DNA of 64,000 bases from Methanobacteriota archaeon (GCA_011526375.1 WTIT01000151.1:42130-106129); one strand, 5' to 3'. Counted from the first letter of the stretch, positions 50,013 through 60,567 are shown. Made by a program: numbers and translations. Notes: generated by a model not told the origin, from the letters alone.

Positions 50013-50456
50013 ATGTCGAGCAAGTGGGATTTACGATTTATTGAACTTGCCGAGCATATCTCATTATGGAGTAAAGACCCATCAACTAAGGTGGGCTGTG
50101 TTGTAGTTGGTGAGGACCGAGAGATTCGCTCCACTGGATTCAACGGCTTCCCAAGAGGCATTGACGATGATGATGAAAGATTGATGAATCGTGAGAAAAA
50201 ATATCCGTTGATCTGCCATGCTGAAGAAAACGCAATCATGCACGCAGCTAGAATCGGTGTTTCGCTAAAAAATAGTACTGCTTATGTTACTTGGCCGCCA
50301 TGTTCTAGATGTGCGCGGTCACTCATTCAAGCCGGAATAAAAGAAGTCGTGTACCCTGACACTGGTGACATTCCAGACCGATGGAAAGAAGATTTCACAA
50401 CCTCAAATGAAATGTTGAGGGAAGCAGGAGTAGATGTAAGAAGCATCAAGCCTTAG
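50013..50456 (+). CDS. dCMP deaminase (cytidine/deoxycytidylate deaminase family)
   Basis: The zinc motifs HAEENAI and PCSRCA. Confidence 0.8.
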   Translation: MSSKWDLRFIELAEHISLWSKDPSTKVGCVVVGEDREIRSTGFNGFPRGIDDDDERLMNREKKYPLICHAEENAIMHAARIGVSLKNSTAYVTWPPCSRCARSLIQAGIKEVVYPDTGDIPDRWKEDFTTSNEMLREAGVDVRSIKP

Positions 50457-50500
50457 ATTTTGACCGTACATTTGATTGGTGTAGACAACTAGGGGTCACC

Positions 50501-51544
50501 ATGAGCAGAGTCATGACACTCCTACTTGTTTCTCTGCTCATGTTCGCAGGTTGTATTGACCCCATGGACCCGTTAGGGAAAAATGCAGAGGAAGACGATG
50601 CTGAAACCGTTACAGAACCGGAGCCTGAACCTGAACCGGAGCCCGAACCAGAACCGGAGCCCGAACCGGAACCGGAGCCCGAACCGGAACCGGAGCCTGA
50701 GCCAACGATTCCGTGTAATGGATTGCTAATTTTATGTCTTCGAACATATGATAACGTAACATTCCCGGAAACTCACAACGCCTTTGCTACTGAAGATGAC
50801 GGAATTTACTACCCAGCGAGCAATCACAGAACTGGTTTCAATGCACAATGGCAAGCCGGCATGAGAGCTTTCATGATTGATACACATTACGACAATTTGA
50901 ATGATAAACAATATTCAGGAGTGAAATTATGTCACGGTAGCGATGACAGAGGATTTAGTCCGTGCGTATATGGCAATGTTAGTGCAGTTGATTGGTTGTC
51001 TGATTTGGCTGATAAAATGGATGATAACCCTCAAGATGTAGTTACTGTATTGGTTGAAAACTATGTTTCGCCCGACCATCTTGAACAGGTATTCATCGAT
51101 TCTGGTCTGATGGACAGAGTGTTTATTCATACTGTTAATGATCCATGGCCAACTTTACAGGAATTAATTGACAATGAAACAAACTTAGTTGTGTTTTGGG
51201 AACAGGGAGACGAGGATGGACATCCGTGGATTCATGATTTCCTAAGCCATAGTTGGACAACAAACTACGGAGAAAGAAGTACCTCTGAAATGAATTGCGA
51301 TGTCCACAGAGGTGATGAAAACCAAGTTGTTTACCACATGAATAACTGGTTGAGTAATCAGGTTGGTCTCGCCGATCCAACTCAAGCTGAGGCGGCAAAC
51401 GATGTTGATTTCCTCGTTGAGCGAGCGAATGAGTGTTGGGCAGAGCACGGTAAACGTCCTACTTTTATTGCTGTTGATTGGTGGGAAGAGGGTGACGTTG
51501 TAAGAGCAGCTGAACTGATAAACCTGCAAGATGAAGCAAACTAA
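50501..51544 (+). CDS. Secreted (lipobox-like FAGC) protein with (Glu-Pro)n linker and PLC-like phosphodiesterase-like domain
   Basis: Signal peptide ending LMFAGCIDP, ~15 EP dipeptide repeats, then TFPETHNAFA, which is reminiscent of the PI-PLC X-box. Confidence 0.35.
   Translation: MSRVMTLLLVSLLMFAGCIDPMDPLGKNAEEDDAETVTEPEPEPEPEPEPEPEPEPEPEPEPEPEPEPTIPCNGLLILCLRTYDNVTFPETHNAFATEDDGIYYPASNHRTGFNAQWQAGMRAFMIDTHYDNLNDKQYSGVKLCHGSDDRGFSPCVYGNVSAVDWLSDLADKMDDNPQDVVTVLVENYVSPDHLEQVFIDSGLMDRVFIHTVNDPWPTLQELIDNETNLVVFWEQGDEDGHPWIHDFLSHSWTTNYGERSTSEMNCDVHRGDENQVVYHMNNWLSNQVGLADPTQAEAANDVDFLVERANECWAEHGKRPTFIAVDWWEEGDVVRAAELINLQDEAN
50615..50706 (+). repeat. Tandem hexanucleotide repeat (GAACCG/GAGCCN) encoding (EP)n
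   Basis: About 15 near-identical 6-nt units seen directly in the sequence. Confidence 0.85.
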
Positions 51545-54500
51545 CCCCAGAACCTCCTAGTTCTTGCGTATTCTACCTCCGCATTATGAATCGCCTTGAA
51601 CAGCCCATCTCGGTTATTTCTTGGCACCTTGCGCAGTATTCTTTGGGCGGTTGCTTCGCCGATGCCTCTACCCATTAGACAAAGTATCGCTTCCTGGCCC
51701 CTATTTTGTACCATTTCAGCATTCTTAATCATTCGAATTCTATCACTATCCTCATCAGAGGAAACCCAATCCTTGAGCATGGAAAGTAAACCTTCTCGTG
51801 CACACGCAAGCATTCTTCCCTGGCACTTTAGACAAATGCCAATGTCTGATATTGTCTCATATCTAGCAACTCTAAATCGTCTAACGCTTTGACATTTCAG
51901 ACAACATAATACTGCTCTTTCATTTTCTAAGCGTAATTTCAGCCGCTCTCGAACTGCAGCATTATCCCAGTTTGGTAACAACAGGTCTTTACTTGACCTT
52001 CTAGACAATCCAATTGGCCCTGGTGCTGCGATTTGAATACTTATTACCCCTTCTTGAATCGCAGATAAGACATCTTTTGCTCCTTGAATATCCATCTTCT
52101 CGAAAAATAACTTGTCTAATACTTCTCGTAGTACTACGGTTCCTCGATATTTTCTAATCAAGGCCTGCAAGTTTATTCGTCTTGGGTCAACTCCGTGTCT
52201 TATGATACCAAATGCTTTGCCAACCTCGGCAAACCTCCATCTGAGTTGCCTAGAATTTGGCAAAGTCACACTTAGTAGTCCCTCTAAGGCGTCTGGTGGT
52301 GTCTCATTCAGCCATCCAACCAAATCCTCCGGTGAAATCCCAGATGCTTGAATTCCAATACGGGTCGATTCAATAATCAATCGCCCCCAATTTCCTGACT
52401 TGGTTGACGCCATAGCTAGTAAGAGATGACCTAGTGTTTCGTTTATCTTCGTACCTTGACAAGAATTGATTATTATTGCATCATTTCTCGCTTCAATAGT
52501 TATCTTGCGATCTGTGGGCAAACTTCCAGATTTTTCCAAGTGGTCGCCGATTTCTTCGCTAAGCATTCCAAGACCGTGTTGGTTGATTGGGTAATCATTA
52601 ATATTCAGTGAATTGGAAGCGAGTAAATTGAATCTGTCAATTGAACCTATTGTCGAATTATCCAAATCTTGAAGCCCCAAATCAACCGCAATCAATTCCC
52701 TCAACTTGCCGATTTCCCGTGCTACCTCTGCAGGTACTGGTGGTAGTTCCCCTACCCATTGAGGTGCCTTAGCTTGGTCCGATGCTGGAACAACAAGCAG
52801 TTCTGACTTCTCCGGGTCAGCATCAATTATCATCCAAGTTCTGCCAGCAATGACAAATCTTCGCACTGCACCATCCTCATCTTCACCAGAGTCGTTTAAT
52901 GATAGTACGAATGCTTCATCAACACTACCAATAGTACGCCTTGTCACACTGTCCCTAACTTTGTAGGATTGTTTGTCTGGAATCATCGACAAGTGATTGG
53001 TCACCCAATCTCTCGTCCTGCCAGAAACTGAGATCCAGCCGTTAGCATACTCTGGAGGAATCTTCAGTTCAATCTTTTTCAATTTCGTATCAATCTCCTC
53101 GTCTGGAGTTTTGAATAATGGCCTCTCTTCTGGCAGTTCAACCGATTTGTTTTCCTCCAGTAGTTTCGCTTCTTCATAAATTGCTGTAGGCCATCGATAC
53201 CAAGGAACCTGTTTTGGACTTTCTGAATATTTCACCAACCAGTTGTCAGCAATTACCTCGAGAACCTCTACCGTATCCTTTCTTGTCCAAGATTCAAATT
53301 GTGGTGCTTGTTTGATTATTTTTGTTGCTTCGTCAATCGGAACGGCTTTGAAACAGTGTGCCATCAAAATCAATTGATTGATTGCCACAGTACGTGGATT
53401 ATTACGCCAAATTACCGGTTCTAATTCACCCCTCATTGCTCTATTGGCAATTACTGCGGCTTCTGACAACTCATCGCAGTCCCAAGCGAAGATGTTGCCT
53501 CGCCCAATCCCGCCCAACCGATGGTCTGCTCGCCCAACTCTCTGTAATAATCGGTCTACAGAGCGAGGACTCTTGATTTGAATAATACGATTGATTAGTC
53601 CAATATCTATGCCCAATTCTAAACTTGAAGTACATACTAAACCCGAGACCTTTCCTTCACGTAAACCGTTTTCCATCTCCACTCTAGTTTTTGTCGCAAG
53701 AGAGCCGTGATGAACCCCAATTTCAAGGTCTGGTGCCATTTTTTGCAGACGATTTGCGATAGTTTCTGCATCGCTCCTACTGTTAACGAACAACAAACAA
53801 GGAGCATCCTTTCGAATGATTTTGATAACTTGCCGGAAAATGGCATGTGCCCTAGACGGGATGGCATATTCAATCCCTCCCGTCTCATCTTCTGATTCAG
53901 GAAATTCAGTCTCGACTAATATTTCTGTTACCCGTTTACCTGTTTCGATAATTACCTCTCCATTATCTGACAACCATGTTGCGACTTGTTGAGGATTTCC
54001 TACTGTAGCTGAGAGGCCTATTCTCTGAACTTTCTTACCGGAAAGGGCCTCTAATCTCGCCAATCCAAGAGATAACTGCCAACCTCGCTCACTTGCTGCC
54101 AGGTCATGAACCTCATCAACAATCACTGCATTTACAGTCTTGAGTAAACCACGCAAATTTTTACCTGTGAACATCAATTGAAAGGTCTCTGGTGTAGTTA
54201 CCAATATGTGAGGCGGCTTTCTAACCTGTTTTGCTCGTTCTGATTGGGTGGTATCGCCATGTCTTAGGCCAACTTTCAAGCCGACTGCTTCTGCAACTTC
54301 TTGCAATCGTCGATCCACGTCGCGATTAAGCGCTCGCAATGGAGTAATGTAGAGTACAGATAGTGGTTCCCATTCTTCGGTTATACATCTGTGCAAGATT
54401 GGTAATATTGCAGATAATGTCTTTCCCGAGCCTGTCGGCGCGATAAGTAATCTGTCTTTTCCGCTAATAATATCTGGAATTGCCGATTCTTGGATTGGGG

Positions 54501-54570
54501 TTGGTTGCCATTGCCTCGCAGCAAGCGCTTCTTGCAAATTTTCATGCAACAGGGAAAATACACCAGACAT
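51541..54570 (-). CDS. lhr: Lhr-type large ATP-dependent helicase (DEAD/DEAH box)
   Basis: Motif I APTGSGKT, motif II DEVHDL, SAT motif LSAT, and a length of ~1000 aa. Confidence 0.8.
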   Translation of the reverse strand: MSGVFSLLHENLQEALAARQWQPTPIQESAIPDIISGKDRLLIAPTGSGKTLSAILPILHRCITEEWEPLSVLYITPLRALNRDVDRRLQEVAEAVGLKVGLRHGDTTQSERAKQVRKPPHILVTTPETFQLMFTGKNLRGLLKTVNAVIVDEVHDLAASERGWQLSLGLARLEALSGKKVQRIGLSATVGNPQQVATWLSDNGEVIIETGKRVTEILVETEFPESEDETGGIEYAIPSRAHAIFRQVIKIIRKDAPCLLFVNSRSDAETIANRLQKMAPDLEIGVHHGSLATKTRVEMENGLREGKVSGLVCTSSLELGIDIGLINRIIQIKSPRSVDRLLQRVGRADHRLGGIGRGNIFAWDCDELSEAAVIANRAMRGELEPVIWRNNPRTVAINQLILMAHCFKAVPIDEATKIIKQAPQFESWTRKDTVEVLEVIADNWLVKYSESPKQVPWYRWPTAIYEEAKLLEENKSVELPEERPLFKTPDEEIDTKLKKIELKIPPEYANGWISVSGRTRDWVTNHLSMIPDKQSYKVRDSVTRRTIGSVDEAFVLSLNDSGEDEDGAVRRFVIAGRTWMIIDADPEKSELLVVPASDQAKAPQWVGELPPVPAEVAREIGKLRELIAVDLGLQDLDNSTIGSIDRFNLLASNSLNINDYPINQHGLGMLSEEIGDHLEKSGSLPTDRKITIEARNDAIIINSCQGTKINETLGHLLLAMASTKSGNWGRLIIESTRIGIQASGISPEDLVGWLNETPPDALEGLLSVTLPNSRQLRWRFAEVGKAFGIIRHGVDPRRINLQALIRKYRGTVVLREVLDKLFFEKMDIQGAKDVLSAIQEGVISIQIAAPGPIGLSRRSSKDLLLPNWDNAAVRERLKLRLENERAVLCCLKCQSVRRFRVARYETISDIGICLKCQGRMLACAREGLLSMLKDWVSSDEDSDRIRMIKNAEMVQNRGQEAILCLMGRGIGEATAQRILRKVPRNNRDGLFKAIHNAEVEYARTRRFWG

Positions 54571-54691
54571 ACTCTCCCCATCCCCCGCACAACTCTCTAA
54601 CTGTCCTACTTTTGAGCATTTGTAATAACTAACGTAAACAAAACATCAAAGAACTCAAACATGGTACCACTAACCAAGCAATGGTGATTAT

Positions 54692-55078
54692 ATGGGGTTC
54701 TTTGGGGATTTATGGGCAAAACAACACGGCAGACAACTGATGTTAAGCGCAACCGCTTTTGGTGCCGCAGCGATTCTTTTGATTGTTAGCGCTTACCAAT
54801 TATTATTCTTGCAAAGTGATGCAGACTGGGGTGATTTTACTGGCGCTGCTATCGGCATGATTGTACTTTCAAGCCTAATTTTGATTGTCGCTACACCTGA
54901 ATTTTTGAATTTAAGAGGATATGTCAACCTACTAGATGAATTAAAGCAAATTGATTCAACATCAGAGCTCAAACGCCGTAAGTCAGAAGGTGATGAAGCG
55001 GCAAAAGTTCTCGGCGCTGGTCATGCTGTAGCTTGGGAAGACTTCCTCGTGGAAAAGGGTTTGAAGAAGCGCAAATGA
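54692..55078 (+). CDS. Small 2-TM membrane protein, unknown function
   Basis: ORF with two hydrophobic helices, 10 nt upstream of the signal peptidase gene. Confidence 0.3.
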   Translation: MGFFGDLWAKQHGRQLMLSATAFGAAAILLIVSAYQLLFLQSDADWGDFTGAAIGMIVLSSLILIVATPEFLNLRGYVNLLDELKQIDSTSELKRRKSEGDEAAKVLGAGHAVAWEDFLVEKGLKKRK

Positions 55079-55087
55079 GGGTGAAAG

Positions 55088-56080
55088 TTGACTGACAGTA
55101 ACCCGTTTAACAATCTGCTGCGAGAAATGTTACTTGCAGTAGCAATGATTGCTTTCCTTGTATTAGGATTATGGGCTCATACAGGAACAATGCCACCATT
55201 GGTCGTTGTTGAATCATCTTCAATGATTCATGAAGAAAATGGTGAGGTTGGTAGTATAGATGCTGGCGATTTAATCCTAGTAATGGATACACCATATGAC
55301 AACATCATCACATTCGCTGAGGCGAGTGACCGAAACAACAAATACCACGGATATGAAAACCACGGAATGGAAGGCGATGTGATAATTTACCACAAGAATG
55401 GTGATGCTGGCACACCGATAATTCATCGGGCAATACTAAGGGTTGAGCCAAGCCAAACCACATCACCTGACCGACTCGCAACCAATGACTCGGAGTATTG
55501 CCCTGATGGCGGTACTTGGGACAGCGCAGTTCTTGATGAGGATGGAGAGATGGGGACATGTGTTCTGACCTGGTCGGTTCCAGGCACAAATATAACAGAT
55601 TCAGCAACAATAACCATCAAGTTTGACGGATATAATGCAGGTTACTATGATTGTAAAAGAATGGCTCATGCAAACGTTGAGCCATATCTAGTGGTATGGA
55701 ATTGGCAACCCAAACACTCTGGAATTGTTACCCTCGGCGATAACAACAAATGTTCGGTTGATCAAGGTGGTCTAGTTGTCAACGGTTCCTCGGGAATTCA
55801 CAGTGCTTCAGGTGTAGCTGGACCGGTTAGAGAAGACTGGTTGGTTGGAGTTGCCGGTGGTGAAATTCCTTGGCTTGGAACCGTTAAACTGATGTTGGGT
55901 GGTGCAGAGTCACCCGGCACTCAATATGTTCCCGGATCATCATTCCTATTCCTAGCCATGGTAATAGGCGGCATAATTTTCGCTCCAGTGGGTTTAGAAG
56001 TTCTACTGAAGAAAATCATGCAAGATTCTCCGGAAATGCGGCAGGCTAAACTCGAAGTAGACTATTCCTCCGAAGAGTAA
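55088..56080 (+). CDS. Signal peptidase I, archaeal/Sec11 type (S26B) with large insertion and C-terminal TM
   Basis: Box B ESSSMIHE, box C AGDLILV, box D IIHRAIL and box E TLGDNNK. Confidence 0.7.
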   Translation: MTDSNPFNNLLREMLLAVAMIAFLVLGLWAHTGTMPPLVVVESSSMIHEENGEVGSIDAGDLILVMDTPYDNIITFAEASDRNNKYHGYENHGMEGDVIIYHKNGDAGTPIIHRAILRVEPSQTTSPDRLATNDSEYCPDGGTWDSAVLDEDGEMGTCVLTWSVPGTNITDSATITIKFDGYNAGYYDCKRMAHANVEPYLVVWNWQPKHSGIVTLGDNNKCSVDQGGLVVNGSSGIHSASGVAGPVREDWLVGVAGGEIPWLGTVKLMLGGAESPGTQYVPGSSFLFLAMVIGGIIFAPVGLEVLLKKIMQDSPEMRQAKLEVDYSSEE

Positions 56081-56823
56081 TGTCCACACGTTGTAATTGC
56101 CTCATCCATACTCATTTCGCCTAAAGCTACCAAAACTGCTGTTGACCTAGAAATTGTTATTTCACCATTTGAGCGCTTCCTACTTTCGGTTTGGATGTAT
56201 TTTATCTCACCGTCTGTGGGACTCAAATCCCTAGTTTGCCATACCTTAGTTCCACTGTTTGCCGCAATTCTTAGTGCAGAAATTGAATGGTTATTTCGAA
56301 TCAAACCTAAGGATGTCTTAGTTTCATTGACCTGTTCTACAATCCAGTTTTGTAGAATACAATCATTGATGATGCGATCTCTAATCAATGGTGCACCATC
56401 ACCTATCCTTACCGTGACAGATTCAAAATTAGCAATATCGATAAGTTTCTGTAAAAATGGGATTAATTCAGCAACGGATGTCAACTCCTTGACGCCATTG
56501 AATGCCCCATCTACAATCCATGCTACACCTGGGTATGGTCCAGGGTCAATTCCAATAATCAAAGATACGGATTTTCCAGTTCGTTTCAACTGAAAGATTG
56601 CATATAAGATCGCGTCGTCGATATTATCTATTTCAACTGGGATTGGTGTTCCGATTGTTGGATGAGTCACTATTTCTGACGGGGTAGAAAACCAAATTGT
56701 ACTCTCATTGGCAATTGGTTTTGTGATATCGATTACTTCAAACTCAAGATTTCTGAGGCGCAATTTCTCGATCAATTTGAATGACAAACGGAAATCTCCT
56801 GTCCGTATCGCCAGTCGCGCCAT
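56062..56823 (-). CDS. Hypothetical protein, possible RNase H-fold (RuvC/YqgF-like) nuclease
   Basis: IIGIDPGPYPGVAWIV resembles the first catalytic strand of RuvC/YqgF-like proteins. Support is weak. Confidence 0.3.
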   Translation of the reverse strand: MARLAIRTGDFRLSFKLIEKLRLRNLEFEVIDITKPIANESTIWFSTPSEIVTHPTIGTPIPVEIDNIDDAILYAIFQLKRTGKSVSLIIGIDPGPYPGVAWIVDGAFNGVKELTSVAELIPFLQKLIDIANFESVTVRIGDGAPLIRDRIINDCILQNWIVEQVNETKTSLGLIRNNHSISALRIAANSGTKVWQTRDLSPTDGEIKYIQTESRKRSNGEITISRSTAVLVALGEMSMDEAITTCGHYSSEE

Positions 56824-56942
56824 ATCAGTGGTAAATCAGCGACAATGACAAACTTACCGAAAAATAGTCGACCGCCTAAACTACAAATAATATCTATTTA
56901 GCAACCGAAGTAATCAAAAGCGCTTGACAATGATGTCACTAT

Positions 56943-57605
56943 GTGAGCAGCAAGTATGAGAGAGAACTAAGGCAGGTTCTCGCTGGCTTATCAAAGGGCG
57001 TCGATTCAATCATTAAATCGTGTAATGAAGTTGAAAAAGCTAAGATGAAGTTGATTGAAAAACGTCCATTCCTCGTAGTCAGAGCGGCCGGTTCTGGAAT
57101 CGAAGGCTCTGGAGATTTGTTAGCATTGCGCGGCGACATTTGTTTCCCAATAGAGGTCAAATCCTCAAAGGACGCGAAATTATATCTGTCGGGGAGAACT
57201 GTTGAACAGTATAATTCACTGGTTTATGAGGGAAATAGATCTTGTTTGATGCCGCTGTACGCCTATCGCCTGAAGGGCATAAGAGGTGACTCTTGGAGAA
57301 TATTTAGGGTCGAGACTGAAACATTACATGGGCAATTAAGAAAACTTGAATCATCAATACCAAGCCTTCCATTAACCCGAAATGGCAAACCGTATCTCAA
57401 TTGGGAGGCAGGATTGCCGCTCAATGAATTCATTGCTCTAGTTTGCTCTCAAGCGGGGCAGTCCGATACCGGAATGAGAAACATCCAAGTTCGTAGTAAT
57501 ACACTATCTGGATACATTGTAAGCGAAACAGTAGACAGAAATCTCGAGATAATGCCAAAACCAAAAAGAAATATTCTTGCTGAATTGAAAAGAAGAAAAT
57601 TATGA
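56943..57605 (+). CDS. hjc: Holliday junction resolvase Hjc with ~85-aa C-terminal extension
   Basis: ERELRQVL...VVRAAGSG...GDLLAL...IEVKSSKD matches the Hjc catalytic core. Confidence 0.7.
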   Translation: MSSKYERELRQVLAGLSKGVDSIIKSCNEVEKAKMKLIEKRPFLVVRAAGSGIEGSGDLLALRGDICFPIEVKSSKDAKLYLSGRTVEQYNSLVYEGNRSCLMPLYAYRLKGIRGDSWRIFRVETETLHGQLRKLESSIPSLPLTRNGKPYLNWEAGLPLNEFIALVCSQAGQSDTGMRNIQVRSNTLSGYIVSETVDRNLEIMPKPKRNILAELKRRKL

Positions 57606-57608
57606 GTT

Positions 57609-59066
57609 TTAGAAGTAAGGAATTATCAAAATGAAAACTATCATCCCCAGCAATGCAAGTGACGATATGTTTGATGCTTTACTAGAAATATGCTCTATCC
57701 ACATTGGGTTGATATCCCAAAATTTCAATTTTCGACCGACCTTCTTTACCCCGTTTAAAATACCACGAAGCATGTCTTTGAACATATGGCCTCCATCGAA
57801 GGGAACCATAGGAATTAGATTTGTAAAGCCTAAAAGAATGTTAACCCACAGTAGCCAGAAAAACAAATTCACCAAGAATAGTAGTCCATTAGTACCAAGA
57901 GTTTGAGCGAATGGATTGTCATCTGCTTCCAGCAATGATTCCTCGAATGGGTGCATCGCAACACCTTGAAGTTCAAATGGAACAATCATCATGCTTAGAG
58001 TATGAAACGGCACCATTACCGATTTTTGCAGAAGATTACCGTCCCAACGGGGCGATAGGGGGCCTGCAAGACGGTCGATTCCCGCAGTTCCGCCTGACAA
58101 ACCTTCAACGCCAAGGAACGCATCACCTTGCTCTACTCCTAAATCAGCCAAGTTTGATTTTGACCACCCCAACTCTAAGTAATAATCGTACTTATCAGAA
58201 AGTGTTGCATTCAATGTCTCGACATCCCCATCTTGATGCATTACAGTAATTGCTATTGTATCATTAGCAGAATAAGCTGTCATAATATCGTAGAAATCAT
58301 CGACATTGGATACGGTTTGATTATCGATTGATTGTATGGTATCCCAAGGTTCAAGCCCTGCATTATACGCTCCTTCTTCCTGTACAATCCCTCGAACATG
58401 TACACCATCATCAGTTGCAACGAACTGTCCTGCTAATCCTCCAAGAAACATTAAACAGACAATAGCAGCAAAGATGTTGGTTGCTGGACCTGCTGCAAAC
58501 ATTCGCATTCTTTCTTTGCTAGGTGCATTGGTCAATTCCTCATATTGAGGTTCTGCAAAGGCACCCAATGGCAATGGGCCAAGTTGTAGTAAGCCGAATG
58601 CCCTAATCCTCATTCCATGAGCTCGAGCCTGTAACCCATGCCCAAATTCATGAATCACCAAGGCTACAATGAACGCAACTGCACCCCAACCGAGTGGAAT
58701 AACTGGATTTAATCCGGGTATCGCAACCAACTCACTAGCACTAGGTGGCGGACTCTGAGGTGGAGTCAGCAATGCTGTAATGAAGGCAATAACCATCAAT
58801 AGACCCACCATTATCATTGAAAACATGCACACCCAAAGCGATATTTCCCCATAAAATCGCCAGAAACCTCGGGGCTTCACTGTCTTATCTAGCAGCTTTA
58901 GTCCACGTTTGCTTCTAACCATCAGGATAACCCCAAACACCCTAGAAGAATTCCAGCGATCAAGGGTGCCGTTGTTCTCCCATATTCTTAGTAAGATATA
59001 CCACGAAAGTATCAGCAGCAAAATGAACGACCAGTCGAAATCAACGGTCCCCCAGTTGGCTGCCAT
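57609..59066 (-). CDS. Site-2 protease (M50 family intramembrane zinc metalloprotease) with PDZ domain
   Basis: HEFGHGL, the downstream NLIPMVPFDGGH (LDG motif), and a polytopic profile. Confidence 0.8.
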   Translation of the reverse strand: MAANWGTVDFDWSFILLLILSWYILLRIWENNGTLDRWNSSRVFGVILMVRSKRGLKLLDKTVKPRGFWRFYGEISLWVCMFSMIMVGLLMVIAFITALLTPPQSPPPSASELVAIPGLNPVIPLGWGAVAFIVALVIHEFGHGLQARAHGMRIRAFGLLQLGPLPLGAFAEPQYEELTNAPSKERMRMFAAGPATNIFAAIVCLMFLGGLAGQFVATDDGVHVRGIVQEEGAYNAGLEPWDTIQSIDNQTVSNVDDFYDIMTAYSANDTIAITVMHQDGDVETLNATLSDKYDYYLELGWSKSNLADLGVEQGDAFLGVEGLSGGTAGIDRLAGPLSPRWDGNLLQKSVMVPFHTLSMMIVPFELQGVAMHPFEESLLEADDNPFAQTLGTNGLLFLVNLFFWLLWVNILLGFTNLIPMVPFDGGHMFKDMLRGILNGVKKVGRKLKFWDINPMWIEHISSKASNISSLALLGMIVFILIIPYF

Positions 59067-59146
59067 GGCTCTGCCATACTCTCACTTAATTTGAATATTA
59101 ACAAAACATGAACAAAGTTGAAGAATAATCACAATGAGGGATCATC

Positions 59147-59710
59147 ATGCAACCACTACGTGACGATATTGCCGAGTGGTGCGATGAAACATGGGGCCAA
59201 AACCCACTAGAAGTGTTGGAATGGTTTGAAGATGATGAGAGAGTTCAAGTTTTCATTAAACTACCACGCAGTGTTCTTATTGCTGATTTTATTTTCAAAG
59301 AAGATGCTGTCAACATGCAACGAGATAGAATTGAAATCAGACATCATTTGCACATCCCATTAGATATTTGGAATCCGGGGTCCATTCAGGCTACAAGAAT
59401 TAGCGACGGTAGGGTCAGATTTCGACATAGGAACTCGGATATTATTCTGGCAGCAAAGATGCGAGCGCCTGAATGGGGCAAGAGCACGCTAGAAGACTGG
59501 TTGATGTCACTAAGAGGAGAACAACTAAGGCCAAAAGACAAAACTCAAAGGTTGGCATCAATAAAGAGAATCAAGGAAATAGTGAACAGAAATCTACACT
59601 CTGCTTCGCTTGAAGGAGCGAAAGATGACCTTCATCTGATTAATTTGAGAATACACTCAGCCGAAATAGGACTTAATCCGCTTGAGAGCAAACTACAGGA
59701 AGCAGAATAA
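59147..59710 (+). CDS. Hypothetical protein
   Basis: Rests on the ORF only. It is convergent with and abuts dacZ. Confidence 0.3.
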   Translation: MQPLRDDIAEWCDETWGQNPLEVLEWFEDDERVQVFIKLPRSVLIADFIFKEDAVNMQRDRIEIRHHLHIPLDIWNPGSIQATRISDGRVRFRHRNSDIILAAKMRAPEWGKSTLEDWLMSLRGEQLRPKDKTQRLASIKRIKEIVNRNLHSASLEGAKDDLHLINLRIHSAEIGLNPLESKLQEAE

Positions 59711-60559
59711 TTAATTCAGCCTAACTTTGTACCGCTCACGACCATTGACATATAGGGTGATTTTACCTGACGAAGAGATGCAAATTGCAGCACATTCAGC
59801 GAGTTGAGATATCGCTCTAGCCGCTAAATGTCTCCCGCCTTCACCATATTTTGGTTGAGTCCCCGCTGGAACCTGAATATATCTACCTGCATCGCTGGCT
59901 ACTCCTTCTTTGTTGAAGAAAATAGCACCATCTAACCAAGCGAATTCTGCCAAGGTTTCGTGATTCTCATCAAGTAATATGCTCTTTTTTTCAGCATCGT
60001 GACCTTTGAATGGATTTAACACCAAGGGAGTAGAGAATTTCCTTAGTTTGGGCAGTGAACCAATAGCAAACAACGCACCTACTGAATGCCCTTCCCTGCC
60101 TCTAGAACCAATATGCCGTGCTAATTGCATAGCCTTAGTCAATACTTCCAATTCAACATTAATTTCTGTTGATAGCGTTGCGAATCTATTTGCGTTTAAC
60201 ATTGTAGTATCTATCGAGAAAAGTCCGTCTAAGGGTTCTGCAAGTACGACTAAAATCTTCTCGCCCCTTGAGATTCGCCCCTCGCCAATAGCTTGTAGAA
60301 TCATGTCGTGTAACTGGTTCAAAATTTGTAAGCCGATAGTTGACAATGATTCATCCATCATCTCTACTGTGATTTCGTCATCAGCAAACGATTCGATTAC
60401 TCTTGATTTGCTAGTCAAAATAGTTGTTCGGACATCATTTGGTATGACATCATTTACCTGCCTGATTTTTGTTACGCTATTTGAAATCATGATTACAGAA
60501 TCAAAACTTTTCCTATCTGTTGGAAAAGAGGTGGCGACCGATTGTACTAGGTCAACCAA
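59711..60559 (-). CDS. dacZ: Diadenylate cyclase, DacZ-type (C-terminal DAC domain)
   Basis: DAC motifs DGAIFF and GGRHLAARAIS, with an N-terminal non-DAC domain as in archaeal DacZ. Confidence 0.65.
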   Translation of the reverse strand: MVDLVQSVATSFPTDRKSFDSVIMISNSVTKIRQVNDVIPNDVRTTILTSKSRVIESFADDEITVEMMDESLSTIGLQILNQLHDMILQAIGEGRISRGEKILVVLAEPLDGLFSIDTTMLNANRFATLSTEINVELEVLTKAMQLARHIGSRGREGHSVGALFAIGSLPKLRKFSTPLVLNPFKGHDAEKKSILLDENHETLAEFAWLDGAIFFNKEGVASDAGRYIQVPAGTQPKYGEGGRHLAARAISQLAECAAICISSSGKITLYVNGRERYKVRLN

Positions 60560-60567
60560 TTAATCAC

